NCBI GenBank assembly: GCA_036172245.1
Contig: JAYWIR010000001.1
Span: forward strand, 11,780,001 to 11,844,000
Source: Raillietiella orientalis
Taxonomy: Eukaryota
DNA: 64,000 nucleotides
Direction: 5' to 3'
This document shows positions 47,901-61,320 of the stretch, piece by piece. Both the position numbers and the translations under genes were made by a program. The notes under the pieces were generated by a model that saw nothing but the letters and a program-made list of their open reading frames with translations, had not been told where the DNA came from and searched no databases. Numbering within the stretch: position 1 is the first letter of the stretch; the number at the start of each line of letters is the position of its first letter.

Positions 47901-50900
47901 AACCGGACGAACCCTCCCCCTCTCCCGTCACGTGCCTGCTGGGAACCGCCTGAACCCGAAGAGAATCCGCCTGCCGCCGCCTCTGCATTCCTGGGGATCG
48001 AGGACGAAGGTGGGGAGTCAACCAACGGGCCCTGCGGTCCGAGAGCGGGAGGAAGGGAAGATGAGGGAGACGAGGAAGGGCGAAGGAAAGAAGGGGTGTG
48101 GAGGAGAGAGGAAGGAAGGAAGGCTGGGACCTGGGGGTGGTGATCCCCTTCCAGATTTACGTCCTCCTGTTCCTCCTGTTTTGGCTCCCTCGCTCCTAGA
48201 AACCACGAGACGGCGACGGCGTTTTGTAGCCAGATGCTAGATGGCAGCACCTCCCCCCTCCTGCGGTCCCCATGGGAAGCTTCATCGCTCCCCACCCCAC
48301 GTGCACGCGCGCGCGGGCAGCTGGGCTCAGCCCCTGCGAGAGGATCCACCGGCGAGCGTGGCGCAGCCGCCTCCCCGCTCCAGTGCTACCCCGGTAGGAA
48401 GAGTAGGGAGAAAGGGGAGAAGGCCTTGAGGTGCGCCGCAAGCAAGCTGACCAGAGCTCACCTCTCTCGTGAGCTCCTCACGCACGAGGACCTCCCTTTC
48501 TAGTAGGGACGTACCGGACCCTGAGCCGCGCACACCCTCGGGACACGAGCCGCCACCCGCTCCCCGTGACCTTCGAAGCGAATCAGCAGGCAGGGAGCGC
48601 GACCTTGGTGCCTTCGATAAGGAGGAGGGGGGGGGGGGCAGTGGAAGGACGGCGGCCTGAGGTGCCTCGTGCTGCCGGTCACTCGCCAAGCACGCGTGTC
48701 ACATCCAGGAAACACGCGGGGGAGAAGCCGTCGGAGACTTTGGTCTCCTCCCCGTGATGTTTCGATCACCCGGCAAGCGTGGCTCAGGCACGGCCTCCGC
48801 CTTCCACTGCCACCTGGGGGTGGGGTGGGGTGGGAAGCAGTAAAGCTCACGAGGAGAACTGGAGGATGCGGGTGCGGGTGTCCCACTGACCTTTCCGACT
48901 GACCATCACCACCACCTCCCCCTCCTCTATGGGGAGGGAGGTTGAAAGACTCCTCCCTGCTCTATCTCTGGAAGGAGGAGGTCGTCCCTTCCCCACCCCG
49001 CTTCTTAGAAGTCGATGGATCCCTGGGTCTGCCTGACCACGGACCCAGAGTTCCTTAGGGAGGACCCTGGGTCACGTGAACATCACACTCTCATCGCTCC
49101 GGCGGCGTGGGAAGCGCCCTTCCCGTGGGACGGCGTTTTCCTCGACGCTCGCCAGATGGCAGGAACAGCCGCAACGACGCAGCGACGCGAGTCGCTGGAG
49201 GTGGCGTCTCGGCGTCCTCAAGACAGGCGACAAACCGCGCCAGCGTTGGCCCCCCTCCCTGCGGTCCTCTTTTCCCTCTTCGACTCCCCTATCGAGGAGT
49301 ATTCGAGGAAGGAGGACACATGAAGAGAAGGAGGAGGAGATCCGTCGGAGACGCGTCGCTCCATGTTCCCTGGTTCGCGACTCCTCGGGGGAAAATTCGG
49401 GTGCTCCCCCCTCCCCCGGCGCCACTTTTGGAGGGAACGAATGGGGGGACGCGCTTCCTTGTTCTCCGCCTTCCGAAGACGCCGCTGGATTCAAGGGAGA
49501 GCAGGGATAAAGACGGGAGCTGTGGAATGGGAGGACGCAGCCGCGCGGTCGGACGGCCCTTTGCGGCCACAGACATCCGTTCTAGTCTTCGGTGGAGTTC
49601 CCCCCCCCTCCTCCAAACTTCCCCCAACTTCCGTGAGCTGACCGTCCCATGCCCGTCTGCCTCCAGCGCCGTCTTCCTAGGCAACCGCATGCTTCACGCC
49701 TTTCGAGGCAGAAAATGGAGGAACTCTCGCACCGATTTTTCCGGAGGGACCACGGGGCTGCTCAGCACAGACTCGGACCTTTCCCTCCGATAGGTGGAGG
49801 GGAGGGAGGGGGGGAGAGATGGCGGCCCACACTCCCTGACCTAGGGATGCGGGCACCGCCCAGGGGTCGCCGGCTCGCGCCCCTTCGCGTCTCCGTTGTC
49901 GTTTCGTTCCCCGCACGCTCGAGAGACGCCGCTTCTGTATCTCCCCGCCAGAGGCGCCAGCGGCGGCAAATTCGGGGCGAGGAAGGTGGTGGGTGGCCTT
50001 GCGCAACGGATCAGACGTGTTTATCTCGATCGACGCTGTGTATGCCCAGATGCACGTGCTGCGACGCGAGTGCGTAAATCTACGGAGGAGACCCGGTCTG
50101 GGGAAAAGGGAGGTAACTGCGCGCTTGCTTGCTCAACCTGCAGGTGGCGCCCAGCTAGCACCTTGCTGCCAGGAAGGAGGCGGGGTGAAAGGGAAGATGG
50201 GCAAAAAAACAAAAAACAAATTCCGCAGCGTGGACTTCCGGAGGCTCGGAAGAGTGAAACTTCGTTCGAATCCGGTCCACCGCTCAGCATCCTGGGCGTG
50301 ACGCTCGAAGCGACACTTCCACTGTTCCGTTTGGGGCGGAACCTGCACTTCCGGGGGAGAGAGAAGCGCAGTGCCACCAACCCCAGTGGAAGGAGGGAGA
50401 GGGGGGTGGAGGATGAGAAGCTGAGAGACGGCTCTATGGCTCTGCCGGCGCCAGCGCCGCTCCCTTCCCAGCGGCGAAGAAACTTTCCAGCTTCCCTCTG
50501 ATAAGATCCCTTAGGAGCTACCGCCTACAAAGGCTTGAGGGAGACAAAAATTCAAATTTCACGTCATCGACGACGCGGGATGAAGGCGGAATCCTTCCGC
50601 TGTCCTGGAAACCGTTTCCAGGGCAGTGTGCAGGAGCGTTCCCCCGTGCCGGTGACGGAGAGGAGAGGGGGAAAGGCAGAATGGAGAATACATCAAAACA
50701 AGAAGAAAAACAAAAAAAAAACAGAAGAGGGAGGAGGGCAGGGTGGACCGAGGATCCATCCAAAGAGGAACGGCGTCGCCTGCGTTCGTGCAAGTTTCCG
50801 GAAGCGGCGGAAGAAGCTCTCCCTTGCGATGGCATCTCAAACCGTGCGCGAGCGTGTGGATGCGCCAACAGGCGGCCACAGGATGCGGTGAAGGATCTGG

Positions 50901-52468
50901 AGAGTACGGGAAAATTCCCGTGCATCTCCGCAGATAGCCTTCCTCGACCGGAGTAGTGGTTCCTGGACGCGCCAGGACGTCCTGGGGAAACACGAGGGGC
51001 TGCTTTTTTTTTCTCATCAGGAAGCAGCGAGACCGAAATCGGGAGCGATTTGGGACGGTCCCGGGTTCCCTCTTCGGAACGGACCCCCGGGTATCGTGGC
51101 AACCGCAAGCGCCGGAAGCATGGCTCGGCGACGAGAGAAACGCGCGCTTTCCGTGAAGCGGCAACGGCGTGCTTTCCGCGAATCCCGCTAGATGGCAGGA
51201 GCTTCCGAGGCGGCCCAGCAACGCTCCTCGGCCACTCGATCCTCCAGCGTCCAGTTTTTCCGATACTGTCGCTTACCAGTGGACACAAGAGACGGCGGCG
51301 AAGGGTGTCGGGAACAGAGGGTACCAGAACGGCGCTGCGTGCTCCCGGACCGCTCTTGCTCCGGAGCGGCAGAATCTCTCCTGAGCAAGACGATTCGTCC
51401 GAGACGCGGGGGGAGGCAATTCTTCAGTCCTCTTCCTCCTGCAGAGTCGGACCCAGTTGACTCGAGAGGTTGTTCGGTCTGCGGGATGGGGGAGGGGTCT
51501 CGAACCGACCGGTTCCTTGCACTACCACAGGGATCGGCTGACGTCACCGCACGGCACTCGAACGCCGTTCCGAAAGGGCCCCACTTTCTCTTCTTTGCGC
51601 GTGCGCGCGCCCCTCGCGCGCAAAAGGAAGGAGAGAGGAAGGAAGAAAAAAAAAAAAATCCTGGTTCACCCGCAGGTGCGCGTCAGGGAGTTGGCGGGAA
51701 GGGGGACGATACGCGGAACGTCGTCATCCACGCATCCTTGCAGGGATGCAGGGAATTCGTGCGCACGCCTGCACCCACGACTCTCCACACGGCACGGGAG
51801 ACGCACGAGGTCACGTGACTCACGAGCACGATTACATCTGCAGAGGGACGGTGCTTGGCTGCAACGACTCCTCCTCCTCCTCCGCTGCGGACATCGCCTT
51901 CGAGAGACGGCCGGTCTAGATTGCTCGAGGGAGGGCTCAAGGGAAGAGGAAGAGGGGACAACCGCAGCAGGGCCACCACCACCGTCGGCACGCGCGCGCA
52001 CCACCCATCCGAGGACCGACAAACCCAGCGGTTCCTGCTGAGGGAGGGGGAAGAGGAGGAGGCGCCTGGCAGCTCACCGCGACGACCTCCAGCAGGCCGG
52101 GGAGAGCAGGAGAGCCGCCGCTCCCGAACGCGACGCGGGAATTTTCCAGAAAAAAAAAATTGAGAGAGACTCACACGTGGGGGTGGAGAACCCCGCTGCT
52201 CCCGGGTGGAAAGGGACGACGAAAAGAGGGAGTAGTAACCACCGTGTTCGGAAGGGAAGCACTCGAGCCGCTTGTGGCTCCCGTCGTCTCCCGTGGCGAC
52301 GGCGTGTCGGCGGGCTTCGTTCGCAGAGGCTCTCGGCGGCGGGGAGATGCGTGGAGCTTGACCAGGTTTCCTGCCTCCGCCTCTTCCCTCCGGTGCTTCG
52401 TGCGCACGCGTTCCAGGTACGTCGGGAGCTTCGCGACGGGGATGAACGAACGGCGCCGGTTCGGGGAG

Positions 52469-52490
52469 GTGCGCGCGCGCGCGCGCGCAC
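52469..52490. repeat. GT(GC)9AC alternating purine-pyrimidine palindrome
   Basis: Read directly from the sequence. Confidence 0.9.
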
Positions 52491-52894
52491 GGACGCGAGC
52501 GCCGCACGCGGTCCGTGGAAAGGAAAGGCAGCGGTTGCACTTGCCCGCCCGCGCGCGAGCGAGCGGAAGGGCGGGCAGGGAAGAGAAAGAGAGAGAGAGG
52601 GGGGAGGGGAGGCTTGCGGAGGACGGCAGTGCGTAGTTGGCGGCAGGCAGGCAGATGGTCCAGATCGAACGCTTCCTGACCCTCGGCCGCCGTCACTTTC
52701 GCTTTCGGAGGAGGATGGGCGCGGAGGAGGAGCTGCTGCCGTTGCTTGGCAACAGCAGACTTCTCGGGGAGGCACCCGCTCGAGGGGTCGACTCTCTCCT
52801 TTCCGTCTGACGTGGACGCACCAAGGTTGCTGCGAGCGTCCGCCCAGAGTCCCCTACCGCTTCCTCTGTCCGGGTCACGGTACGCCATCCTTGG

Positions 52895-53214
52895 GGTCTC
52901 AAGGTGCTGTCCGGTGCCGGTCGAATTGACGGGCATCGAGGAGCGCAACCTGGTCAAGAACCGAAGAGTACACCCGAAGGCGTGCTCCTCAGTTCTTGAC
53001 CAGAGGTCAGGATCCCTAAATTCCCCTTGGTGCGAGCGTTCGCACGGCGCCTTGGCTGCCACTCCATCGACTGGAAGCGCATAGCGATGAACCCTGGAAG
53101 TCATGCGGTGGAATGCTCCAGCGCGACATTCTTCGAGTCCGAAGACGCAATCACCCACAGCACGCCCCTCTGGGCCTCATGTGGTTCAAGGGACCTGTCG
53201 TCTTCGACCCGGAG
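52895..53214 (+). repeat. Near-identical 320-bp copy of 11745-12064 (ORF1 relic), offset 41150 bp
   Basis: Only a handful of mismatches. More diverged homology continues upstream (52755-52894), and the upstream part recurs at ~53217-53320. Confidence 0.92.
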
Positions 53215-53599
53215 TGGTCGTCTCTCTCCTTTCTGTCCAGCTCCTGCTGCCGAATTAGACGCCAAAGTCGATGCGAGAACCGCTCTCCAGAGCTCCCTGA
53301 CGCTTCCTCCTGTCCGGGCCACAGCGAGCCAACTTACGGGCGTGGGCAACAGGACCGACATGGCACGTTCCTCTTTCTCTCTCTCTCTCTCTCCCCCCCC
53401 CCCATTCCCTCTCTGCTCGCCTTTGCTGATCACAGCTGCGCGAGCCTCGTGGCTTCCAAGAGCTGTTGCAGTCTAATTTTCCAGAAGCAGACGCCGCCGA
53501 CCCTTGGTGCCGTTTGGGTCTTCAAACCGAGGGCATCCCGAGGTGTCTTCACGGAGTAGGAAGGCGCCCTGAGGGGTGGAGGAGAGTGTGGCTAGCTTA

Positions 53600-55900
53600 G
53601 CCTAAGGAAGCATCGTCCCAAAGTCCCTTTCGGCTTGTTGGGCACCTCGCAGAAACGGCCCCAAGAAGAGACGCCTCCCGAGACCCATGACGTAAAGACG
53701 ACGTGTGCAAAGAGCTGAGGTGCCGAAATGCAATGGCCGTAAATGTGGAAAGGACCGATGAGAAATGGTGAAGCAGAGAATTCTTGTGTAGTGTATCTGT
53801 CGGACACTTTGTCTGTCTTGCAATCGATCTCTTCCCTCAGTCCGCCTTCCGTATCGAGAGTGTTGCCTTTGACTTCGTGCAAGAGATCTTCGGTCTCCGT
53901 CCAAGAGATGCTTTGGAGCCTGAGCATCTGAGAACCACCGCACATCACATGGTGGCATGGCTCCCATCGTTACCCCACGTGGCTCTTTCCTCTACGGGAT
54001 GCAAGCCACTCCGCTCGGTCGCGGAATAACCCAGAACTTCCTGCCCGCGGCTCTCCTCAAGGAACACAGTTTCCATCGTGACCCGCGCTCTCCCAGCTTC
54101 CAGATCAACCTCCCGCTGAAACGTGGCATTGTGGTGAGCGACCCCATTTCGGTCCTCGTCACGATCAGGTGAACGCAGTTCTGATTTATCATCCGAATGG
54201 CGCAGTTCGAGCGCCACTCCGTCACTCCTCGTGATTCCCTTGCAGTCGCGTGCACGCGTTGTCCAGCTGCGCAGTGCCCCGGGGAAAGGCACTCTATTCT
54301 CTCGCTCCGCCCTCCATCACGCCAGCGCCGACCCACCTGGATTGCACGGACAGGCTGCGAAAGGGGCAGGAGAGACAGTAAGGCGCAGTCTACCCAACAT
54401 CCGAGAACCCCTTTCTGGTCTCGATCGGAAGTGATGATCGACTCGAAGGAACACCTTCCGGTACGAGTGAAGAGGTTTGTCGGGCCTGGCGCTCAGCTCA
54501 TCCAAGACAGCAACCTCACCTTGTCTTCTGCCCCAATGTCCTCGAGTGCTCCACCTTCTAGCCATCCTCGTGAGGGCGGCTGCCAAGCTGCACTGCGAAC
54601 GAAACGCCAACACATGGCGGACTGTCACTATGGGTCGCAGATGCAACGGATGGTTGCCATCACAGCGCCCGTAAGCCGTCTAAGATGGAAGTCTGTCCAA
54701 AGGTCCGGAGGATGTTCTTCATTCCTAGTCCCATCCTTCATGGCAGGTTGGTGTTACATGAAAAAGGAAATCGGAATGAGTCCTCTCCTCTTCTGCACAG
54801 AGCAGCAAATGACTGCATTTATGAGGACCGTTTGCAAGGATGAGTTGGTCTCTTGCGATTCGTAGATGAGGAGGACGCTTGAAGGTCCTTCATTCAAGAT
54901 GGCTGTCGTTCCAAGCTGCTGTTATTTGCCCTCACGCAGCACTTTGGACTCTTTCTGGAGGCGGCACGATGCTGGGAACACCCACGGGAACGGATCTCGG
55001 GACGAGGTTTATGTCTGAACAAAGGTCTGAATGTTCCGCAATCCGATCCCGTCCCCCCTTTGCAAGTCCTCTGGATCTGCAAGGGGGAGACGAACGAATC
55101 CTGAAGACGGGAGAGCCACGACACTTGCGTGAGCAGGCACGATGGGAGTTCGACGAAGAGAAGGAGCCAGAGATCTCGACCTTTGGCCACAGCGTGCATC
55201 CGAAGTGCATACAGCTGGCGTCGGGGCCGTGGAAACGCAGATCGAAATGGCATCTCCTTCTTCTTGCCGATGACCCTTCGGCCAAGGGGAGGCCACGCTT
55301 CGTGTAGGGTGGTCAGCGCTTCTTGCTCACGGGAAGACTTTTGAATTCGCCTAGACGAACTGCTACGCGAGCAGCGGGCCCCCGGGAGCCGGTGCGGATC
55401 TCCTGGACTCAAGCTGCCCTCACGGTGCAGGACAAGACGCCGCAGCACGTGAGGAGCCGGTGCGTGCAGCAGTCAGGTCTCGTGACACGAGACCGTCGCC
55501 GAAAGACAGGACGGACCGGTAGAACGGATGAGAGAGGCAAAGCGGGGCCAACTGGGGTGGATGCTGTCGGAATAATGGAATGTCACGGACCTGGCACGGA
55601 ACCGAACGGTCATCCTGGACCGCGCGCGCTTGAAGAAGCGTCGCCGCGTGGCTGCCGGTTCTCCTGTGGAGAGGAGCACTTGCGGTGGATGCACCGGTGT
55701 CGTGAAATCTTCCACGAGACGAGGTCCTCTACTGGGGACTCAAGATGCTTCGCCCGGGGCCAGGGACCACCGCGGACTTGTTCTTCCTTCCTGCTTGTGG
55801 GTCATGCCCACTCCGCGGCGGAGCCCACCTCCCTGCTGCAGCGACCATGCGCGCTGCTGCGAGAAAAAGGAGGCGAAGTGAGCACCTCCTCCCGAAGGGG
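53600..55900. pseudogene. Decayed L1 fragments: RT/thumb on the minus strand (~53600-54870) and C-terminus on the plus strand (~54880-55900)
   Basis: Minus: LILAN, GRRQGE, FQR/LIWK/GRARVTMETV. Plus: LHSRWL and RCF...TTADLFF (zf-RVT-like). Confidence 0.4.
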
Positions 55901-56636
55901 GAAGGTGTACGCGACGTGAGCAGCAGCTGGTGCGTCCGCTTCCCGTGGCGAACGCAGACTCCAGCAGAGCGCGTGGGTCTTCCCGGAAGTCTTCCTGACC
56001 TATCTGTCACTCACGGCCGACATCTGTTTCAGCGGTCAGAACGTGCGCGGCGGGGGGCGGTAGTCAGAGTCCCCTGCTCCCCAGCACCTATTTCGAGCTG
56101 ATACTGAGGGCACTCAGGGAAAGTCTGGAGACCCTGCTGGCCTCGCGAACCTGCTCCCCGTAATCGACCCTCGTCAACGCGGTCTTCCGCTGTTGTTACC
56201 CGCGTCCACCCCGGCGACGCTGCTCGATGAATTCCCCGCGTTTGCTGGCCCGCCGGGAAGCTGGCGTAGGATGAAGTTGGCCGTGCGTCCTGTTGGTGCG
56301 GCGCGGACCGGACGGCCAGACTGGACCGGAACACTCGAGAACGGTGGTTCCTGGTTGGAAGAAGCCGTTCGCATGGTGAAGACCAACGAGCGGAGTCCGG
56401 AGTTACGGCGGTGGTTGCTGCACTCCTTCTGCATCATCTGCTCACTCCAGCAGATCGTCGTGCATTCCACCAAGCATGCGTGGGGCTGCTGCGGCCCTAC
56501 CATCCCTGAGGGAGCACATAGGCAGCAACCTACCAGCAAATTGGAAGGTCTCCTGTGAGATCACCTTCAGGTGAAAGACGCTTGGTGGTTGGACCACAGG
56601 TCAGCCGACTGACCTCGAGACGAGACCTCGATATCT

Positions 56637-57885
56637 AAAGGACTTGTGCGCTAGGGTGAGCTCCTCGCAATCCCTCCGGAGGAGAGGAAGTGACCTCCAG
56701 CATGCTGGAACGGTGGCGCCCTCCCCCTCAAGTGGTGGGAGTCGACGTTGCTGGTGGCGCATGGGGGAATCCTGTGCAAAGCGCGCCTTCACCACTGGAC
56801 GCAGAGGGAGTGTGGATGCTTAGAGTGGAACAGGGTCGGGAAGAAGGAGACCCTCCTTCACTTGCTGTTGGACCATGCTGCTCTATGACCCCTTTGGGAG
56901 CGCCTTGCGATAGCCCTAGAAATCTCGGTGGGCGGTCCCAGGCACCTTTTCCGGCGCCTCTTCCTGCGTGCCGATCTATCGTCAGTCGCATCCCTCATAG
57001 TCCTTTTGCTATCTCCGCAGGTTCGCGGCGGTCTGGAACGCGGGAAGAAGAAGCCGAAGTTGCAGGGCCATCCACTGGGTGCGGATCTTCTTTAGTACCA
57101 CCTCGAGATGGTCCTACCTGGGCGCTATACGGACGGGACTTGCCAGCAGCATCCTGAACAGGATGCAGAGGACTCCTGGCAACGTGCTGCGATCCCTTCC
57201 TCGATTTCCACCCTTCCCCTTTCCTCTCAGAAAAAAACTTTCCCGCCCGTGTTTCCTCCATTTGTTTATTTCTGTTATTTCCCATTTGTTTTTGGTTTAC
57301 TCTTCTTCTCCTTTGCTCCCGAAGTGGACCTCACCGGTCTGCATACCGGCAGTTGGGAAGTTCCGCATCATTCCTTTTAGCTCGTGGTGGAACCACATGT
57401 TTAGAACCGCAAACCACATTCTTGTGGTAGAGCACGTGGTTCTACCACAAAATGTAGTAGCACTTTACCTTTACTGTCTACGCGGCGAGGCCGTGGCTGC
57501 ATGGAGCCACGCCAAAGGAGGCCAGGACGACAGGGACGCCATCTCTTTTGCTGTCCTCTTCATGAGCATCAAGATGGCCCCATCTGTAAGTCTTGAAACA
57601 GGAACTTGCCGGCATCCTTACAAAGATGCAGAGGACGCCCTTCAGCATGCAGGGATCCCTTCCCGAACCCTCTCATTTTTTTTACTGTATGTTTTTTGTT
57701 TTTTCTTTTGGTTTGTCTCCTCTCCCCTGTGCTGCCGAGGCGAACACCGCCGGCCTGCCTGCCAGTTGCTGTCAGGTTCCTCCTTGTAGTTGTAAGTAAC
57801 GTGGCAGGATCAAGCGTCCTGCCACAGACATGTATTTTTTATTTTATAAATAAACTCCCCGGCGTGACCGGGTGTCAACCACAAA
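56637..57885 (+). mobile_element. L1/Tx1 zf-RVT and 3' end, followed by a second 3'-end module
   Basis: Frame from 56736 reads WESTLLVAHGGILCKARLHHWTQRECGCLEWNRVGKKETLLHLLLD. C-termini RWSYLGAIRTGLASSILNRMQRT and ELAGILTKMQRT; AATAAA-CTCCCCGGCGTGACCGGG near 57850. Confidence 0.75.
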
Positions 57886-58764
57886 AGTGTAGATTCGTTA
57901 CGACGTCACGTAATCAATGCCCCGGCGAGACCGTGAGAAAAACCGAAAGGACAAAGCAGACCTGACACAGTGAGAAGCAAAAAAAACTCACAGGGTTCTC
58001 CCGGAACGCTGACTGCCACCTGTGGAGTTTCTCCTACCCCGTCTACCAGAAATGGTACTTCAGAATCCCTGTCGGCTCCCTCAGAAGCCAAGAAGGTGCA
58101 GACTAAGAAGGGACCTAGTGACGCATTTTCGGACGAGATTCCAAAACGAATGTGTGTGGGAGACGCAACATGACGTCCGGATCGGGAGACGCAGGTTTGA
58201 TAATCAGTTGCTTCCTTCTAGTGGATTTTTTGCGGTGTCCATTGATGATTACAATTCCAACCCATCTGTGGATGAACTTCAGACCAGTGAACGCATCATT
58301 ACAAACGAGGTTTTTCAAGAGAGATCCACGTCAGATGCATGCTCACCACTTGAACCACACCTCCTGACACATCCCTCAGGAAGCGGCTCCTGTTTGAGAG
58401 TCTCATTCTGCCTTGGTGGTTCGTCTGTGTTTCAATTTTCCTGAGTGTTTTGCTGCACGTGCAGCACAGTTCAGCCATTTCACTTTTGCCTCCTGACGTC
58501 ATCACATGTGATACGTATCTTTAAATGACAATAAAGAAGTTTTTTATGGAAAAAAAAATGGAAGTACTTCCGCGCTTGGGAGAACTTGAAGACCTACTTC
58601 GGCAGTACATATACTAAAAATGGGAGAGCTGCTGGGAAATTCCCCATGAAGATCCCGAGTGGCCCCCAGCCGGGTTTGAGGTCCATCTCATCCATCAAGA
58701 CAGCATCCTCATTTTGTCTTCTGCCCTGTGGTAAGGCCGCCTTGGACTCTTATGTTATCAGCTA

Positions 58765-58890
58765 CCAGTGCCACACCCGAAACCTAGGCCAACCAAAGTC
58801 ATCTTGCGGGAGGGAACTCGAACCCGCGATGCATCTCCCATCTCTCGGCGTCGCCCCTTTCCCTGCTGGGTTTCGAACCCGCGACACCTG
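58765..58890 (-). repeat. Partial copy of the composite repeat head (double T-arm motif)
   Basis: GTCGCGGGTTCGAAACCC...GCGGGTTCGAGTTCC...AGATGAC...GGCACTGGT. Confidence 0.7.
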
Positions 58891-59614
58891 CTGCTACGTG
58901 CGGAGACCGCATCCACGTGGTCTTCCCAGAGCTGCTGAACCACCACTGCACCCTCCCTCTCAAGCTGCAGGATTCAGCACTCCTGCTGCTGCACTGAGGC
59001 TTCCCTTGCAACGTCCACCCACATCACTGGACCCGGGAGAGGGCGGGTGATGGTGGAGACAAACTGCTGCAGGAACAGAGAACGTGGGTCAGTCTCCCAC
59101 GTTGTCCTGAGTTTGTTGTGGGAACGTTTGGGAAGTGACCACCCTACAGGCCCCAAGCAGCGACCCCAGGGACACACTGAAACCCCTCTTCGTGCGCGAC
59201 GCAATGCCGCCAGTCGCATCCCTGGAAACTCGGCTGACTACGCGGGATCATGGTGGTCTGGAGCAAATGAAGAGGAAGAGTCCGTGCTAGGTGACTCCAT
59301 CCAGTTCACCCTATGCTTTTTTTTTTTTTTTTTGAGGAGGGCAACAAGATGGTCCCACCTGAGGAGAATGCAGAAGGAACTTCTGGCATCCTGGGGAGGG
59401 TGCAGAGGACGGACCCCAGCAGGCTGTGACCCATCCCCGTGCCCCTCCCACAAAGCCATTTTATTTTTGTCTATTTGTTTTCTCCCATTCTTTGTCTCTC
59501 TGGACCACCCTCCCCAGTCTGCTCACCGGGTTTCCGGAAAGTCCTCGATAGTCTGGACGCTGAAGCGTCACTGGTCCCAGTACCTTTGCATTGTTCATTT
59601 TTTCAGCAACGAAA

Positions 59615-59765
59615 CGTCCCGGGAACTCGAACGCACGACGCGCCCATCTCTCGGAGACAACTCCTCCCCGGCTGGGATTCGAACTCGCGACGCTTGGTAC
59701 CCACCAGGGTCATCTTGACGGGGGAAGTCGAACGCATGACGCGCCCATCCCTCGGAGAAAATCCA
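59615..59765 (-). repeat. Partial, internally duplicated copy of the composite repeat head
   Basis: Three T-arm-like motifs (GTTCGACTT, GTTCGAATCCC, GTTCGAGTT); gatgggcgcgtc occurs twice. Confidence 0.65.
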
Positions 59766-60149
59766 AGGTGCCGGTCGACGCGGTTCCGCCCTGCGTCCGG
59801 GCGTAAGCTGCGAGTTCCTACCGCCCTGCTCCCTGAAGGACCCTGCGTCCCGACACTTCTCGTGGCTCTCCCTCAGGCGGCAGCGCGACACGGCGCTTCC
59901 TCCCAACGAGCCTGCACCCACGCTGCGAGGTGGGGGAGGAGGTTCCCTCCCCGGCGTGTCGGAGGGTGCGGGCGGCCGAGTGGCTCTCGCGCCCCCCTGC
60001 TGATGAGTCCCTGCGTCCCCGACCGATGGTTAGCGGGCGGTCTCATCCGAAAACAGGAGTCGCCGCCATCTTGCATACCCAGTGTTCCCATCCTCGATTC
60101 CCTTCATCATTGGTCCATTTGCGTTGTCTTTCACGTCCTCTCATGTCTG

Positions 60150-60500
60150 GGAGGGATGCCCGAAGGGAAACCCTCCACCCGGGTTGTCTCCGAAGGGAAC
60201 CCCGGAATTACCTTTCCCGGAGGGACCCCCAAGGGGGTTCCGCTCCTTTGCACAACCGGAGGGGGAACTCCCCATGCCATGATTCTTGGAAGGATCCGGA
60301 GGTCGACTCCCATTGTCCCTGCCCTCATTGGGGCATCCGGTTTGAACCACTACCAGTGCCGCCGCACCCTAATGAACAGAGGCCAACCAGCGTCATCTCG
60401 CGGGAGGAACTCGAACCCACGACGTACTGCGTCGATTCCTTTCGGAGTATTCGAGTCCGCGACGCTTGGTGGTGCCGCTTGCGGAGGCTGCCGCAGTCAG
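60150..60500 (-). repeat. Diverged copy of the composite repeat with hairpin array
   Basis: GTCGTGGGTTCGAGTTCC...GATGACGCTGGTTGG...GGCACTGGT, then CCCTTCGG / CCCCCTTGGGGG hairpins. Confidence 0.7.
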
Positions 60501-60619
60501 GTGGCCCTCCGACGTGGGTCCTCCTACCCGCAGCGGTGCTTCCGAAGAAATTCTTCAGCTGATCTGCAAGTCGGCCGGCCCTCCCAGATGAACTTCTGTT
60601 GAGTGAACGCGTTTTTTCT

Positions 60620-61320
60620 TGATCCACGAGGAAGGAACCAGGTCCCTCGTCCCTATGGGTTTCCTCCCACGTAAACAAACGCTCCCGCATGACGGAGTGA
60701 AAAGCCTCCCGGAGTCGGGTCGGACCGAGTCTCTGCGAGGCAGAGGTCTTTCGAGGGCACACACCGGAATTTCCCTGCTCCAAGTCGAAGTAGGTGCTGA
60801 GCGGCGTGGGGCCTGGGGTCTGACACCCTGCCCAATGTCCTTCCTCAGCGCTCGTCGGTACTTCCGGACCCAGAAGCTGTGGGGGGGAGGGGAGGAATGC
60901 AGCTGTACCGGGTGTATCGTCTGCGCTGACTCCTTCCCGCAACTGGTCGCGGATCGCTCTGCCCTCCACAGAGTTTGGAAGCTTTTTTTCTCCACGGCTT
61001 TCCCGTTCTTGGCAGGCAATCCTCCAGGGACGTGTCGGAGCGTCTCCTCGCGCGACCTGGGATGCCGGCCGCATCCGCGGCGGCCCTTCGCTGCTTCCGC
61101 TGCGGTTCGTACTGGCGCAGAAAGAGAGCTGACGGCCTGGGTCTGCCTGCTGAGTATGGCGACGCGATGGCTTCCCTAGGAAAAACCGGCCGGCATCTTA
61201 CAAAGCAGGGCACCCTTGGAACGTCCGTGGAAAGGGACAGCAATCGCTCTCCCTCTCCGCCCCTTCCAAGACCAACAATCTTATTTATTTATTTTTTTAG
61301 TACTTTTCCCTCCGTCCTCC
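60620..61320 (+). pseudogene. ORF1-like relic (zinc knuckle) joined directly to a LINE 3'-end module
   Basis: RPGMP...LRCFRCGSY at ~61050-61115, then ATRWLP / gccggcatctt... and a T-rich tail. Confidence 0.45.
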
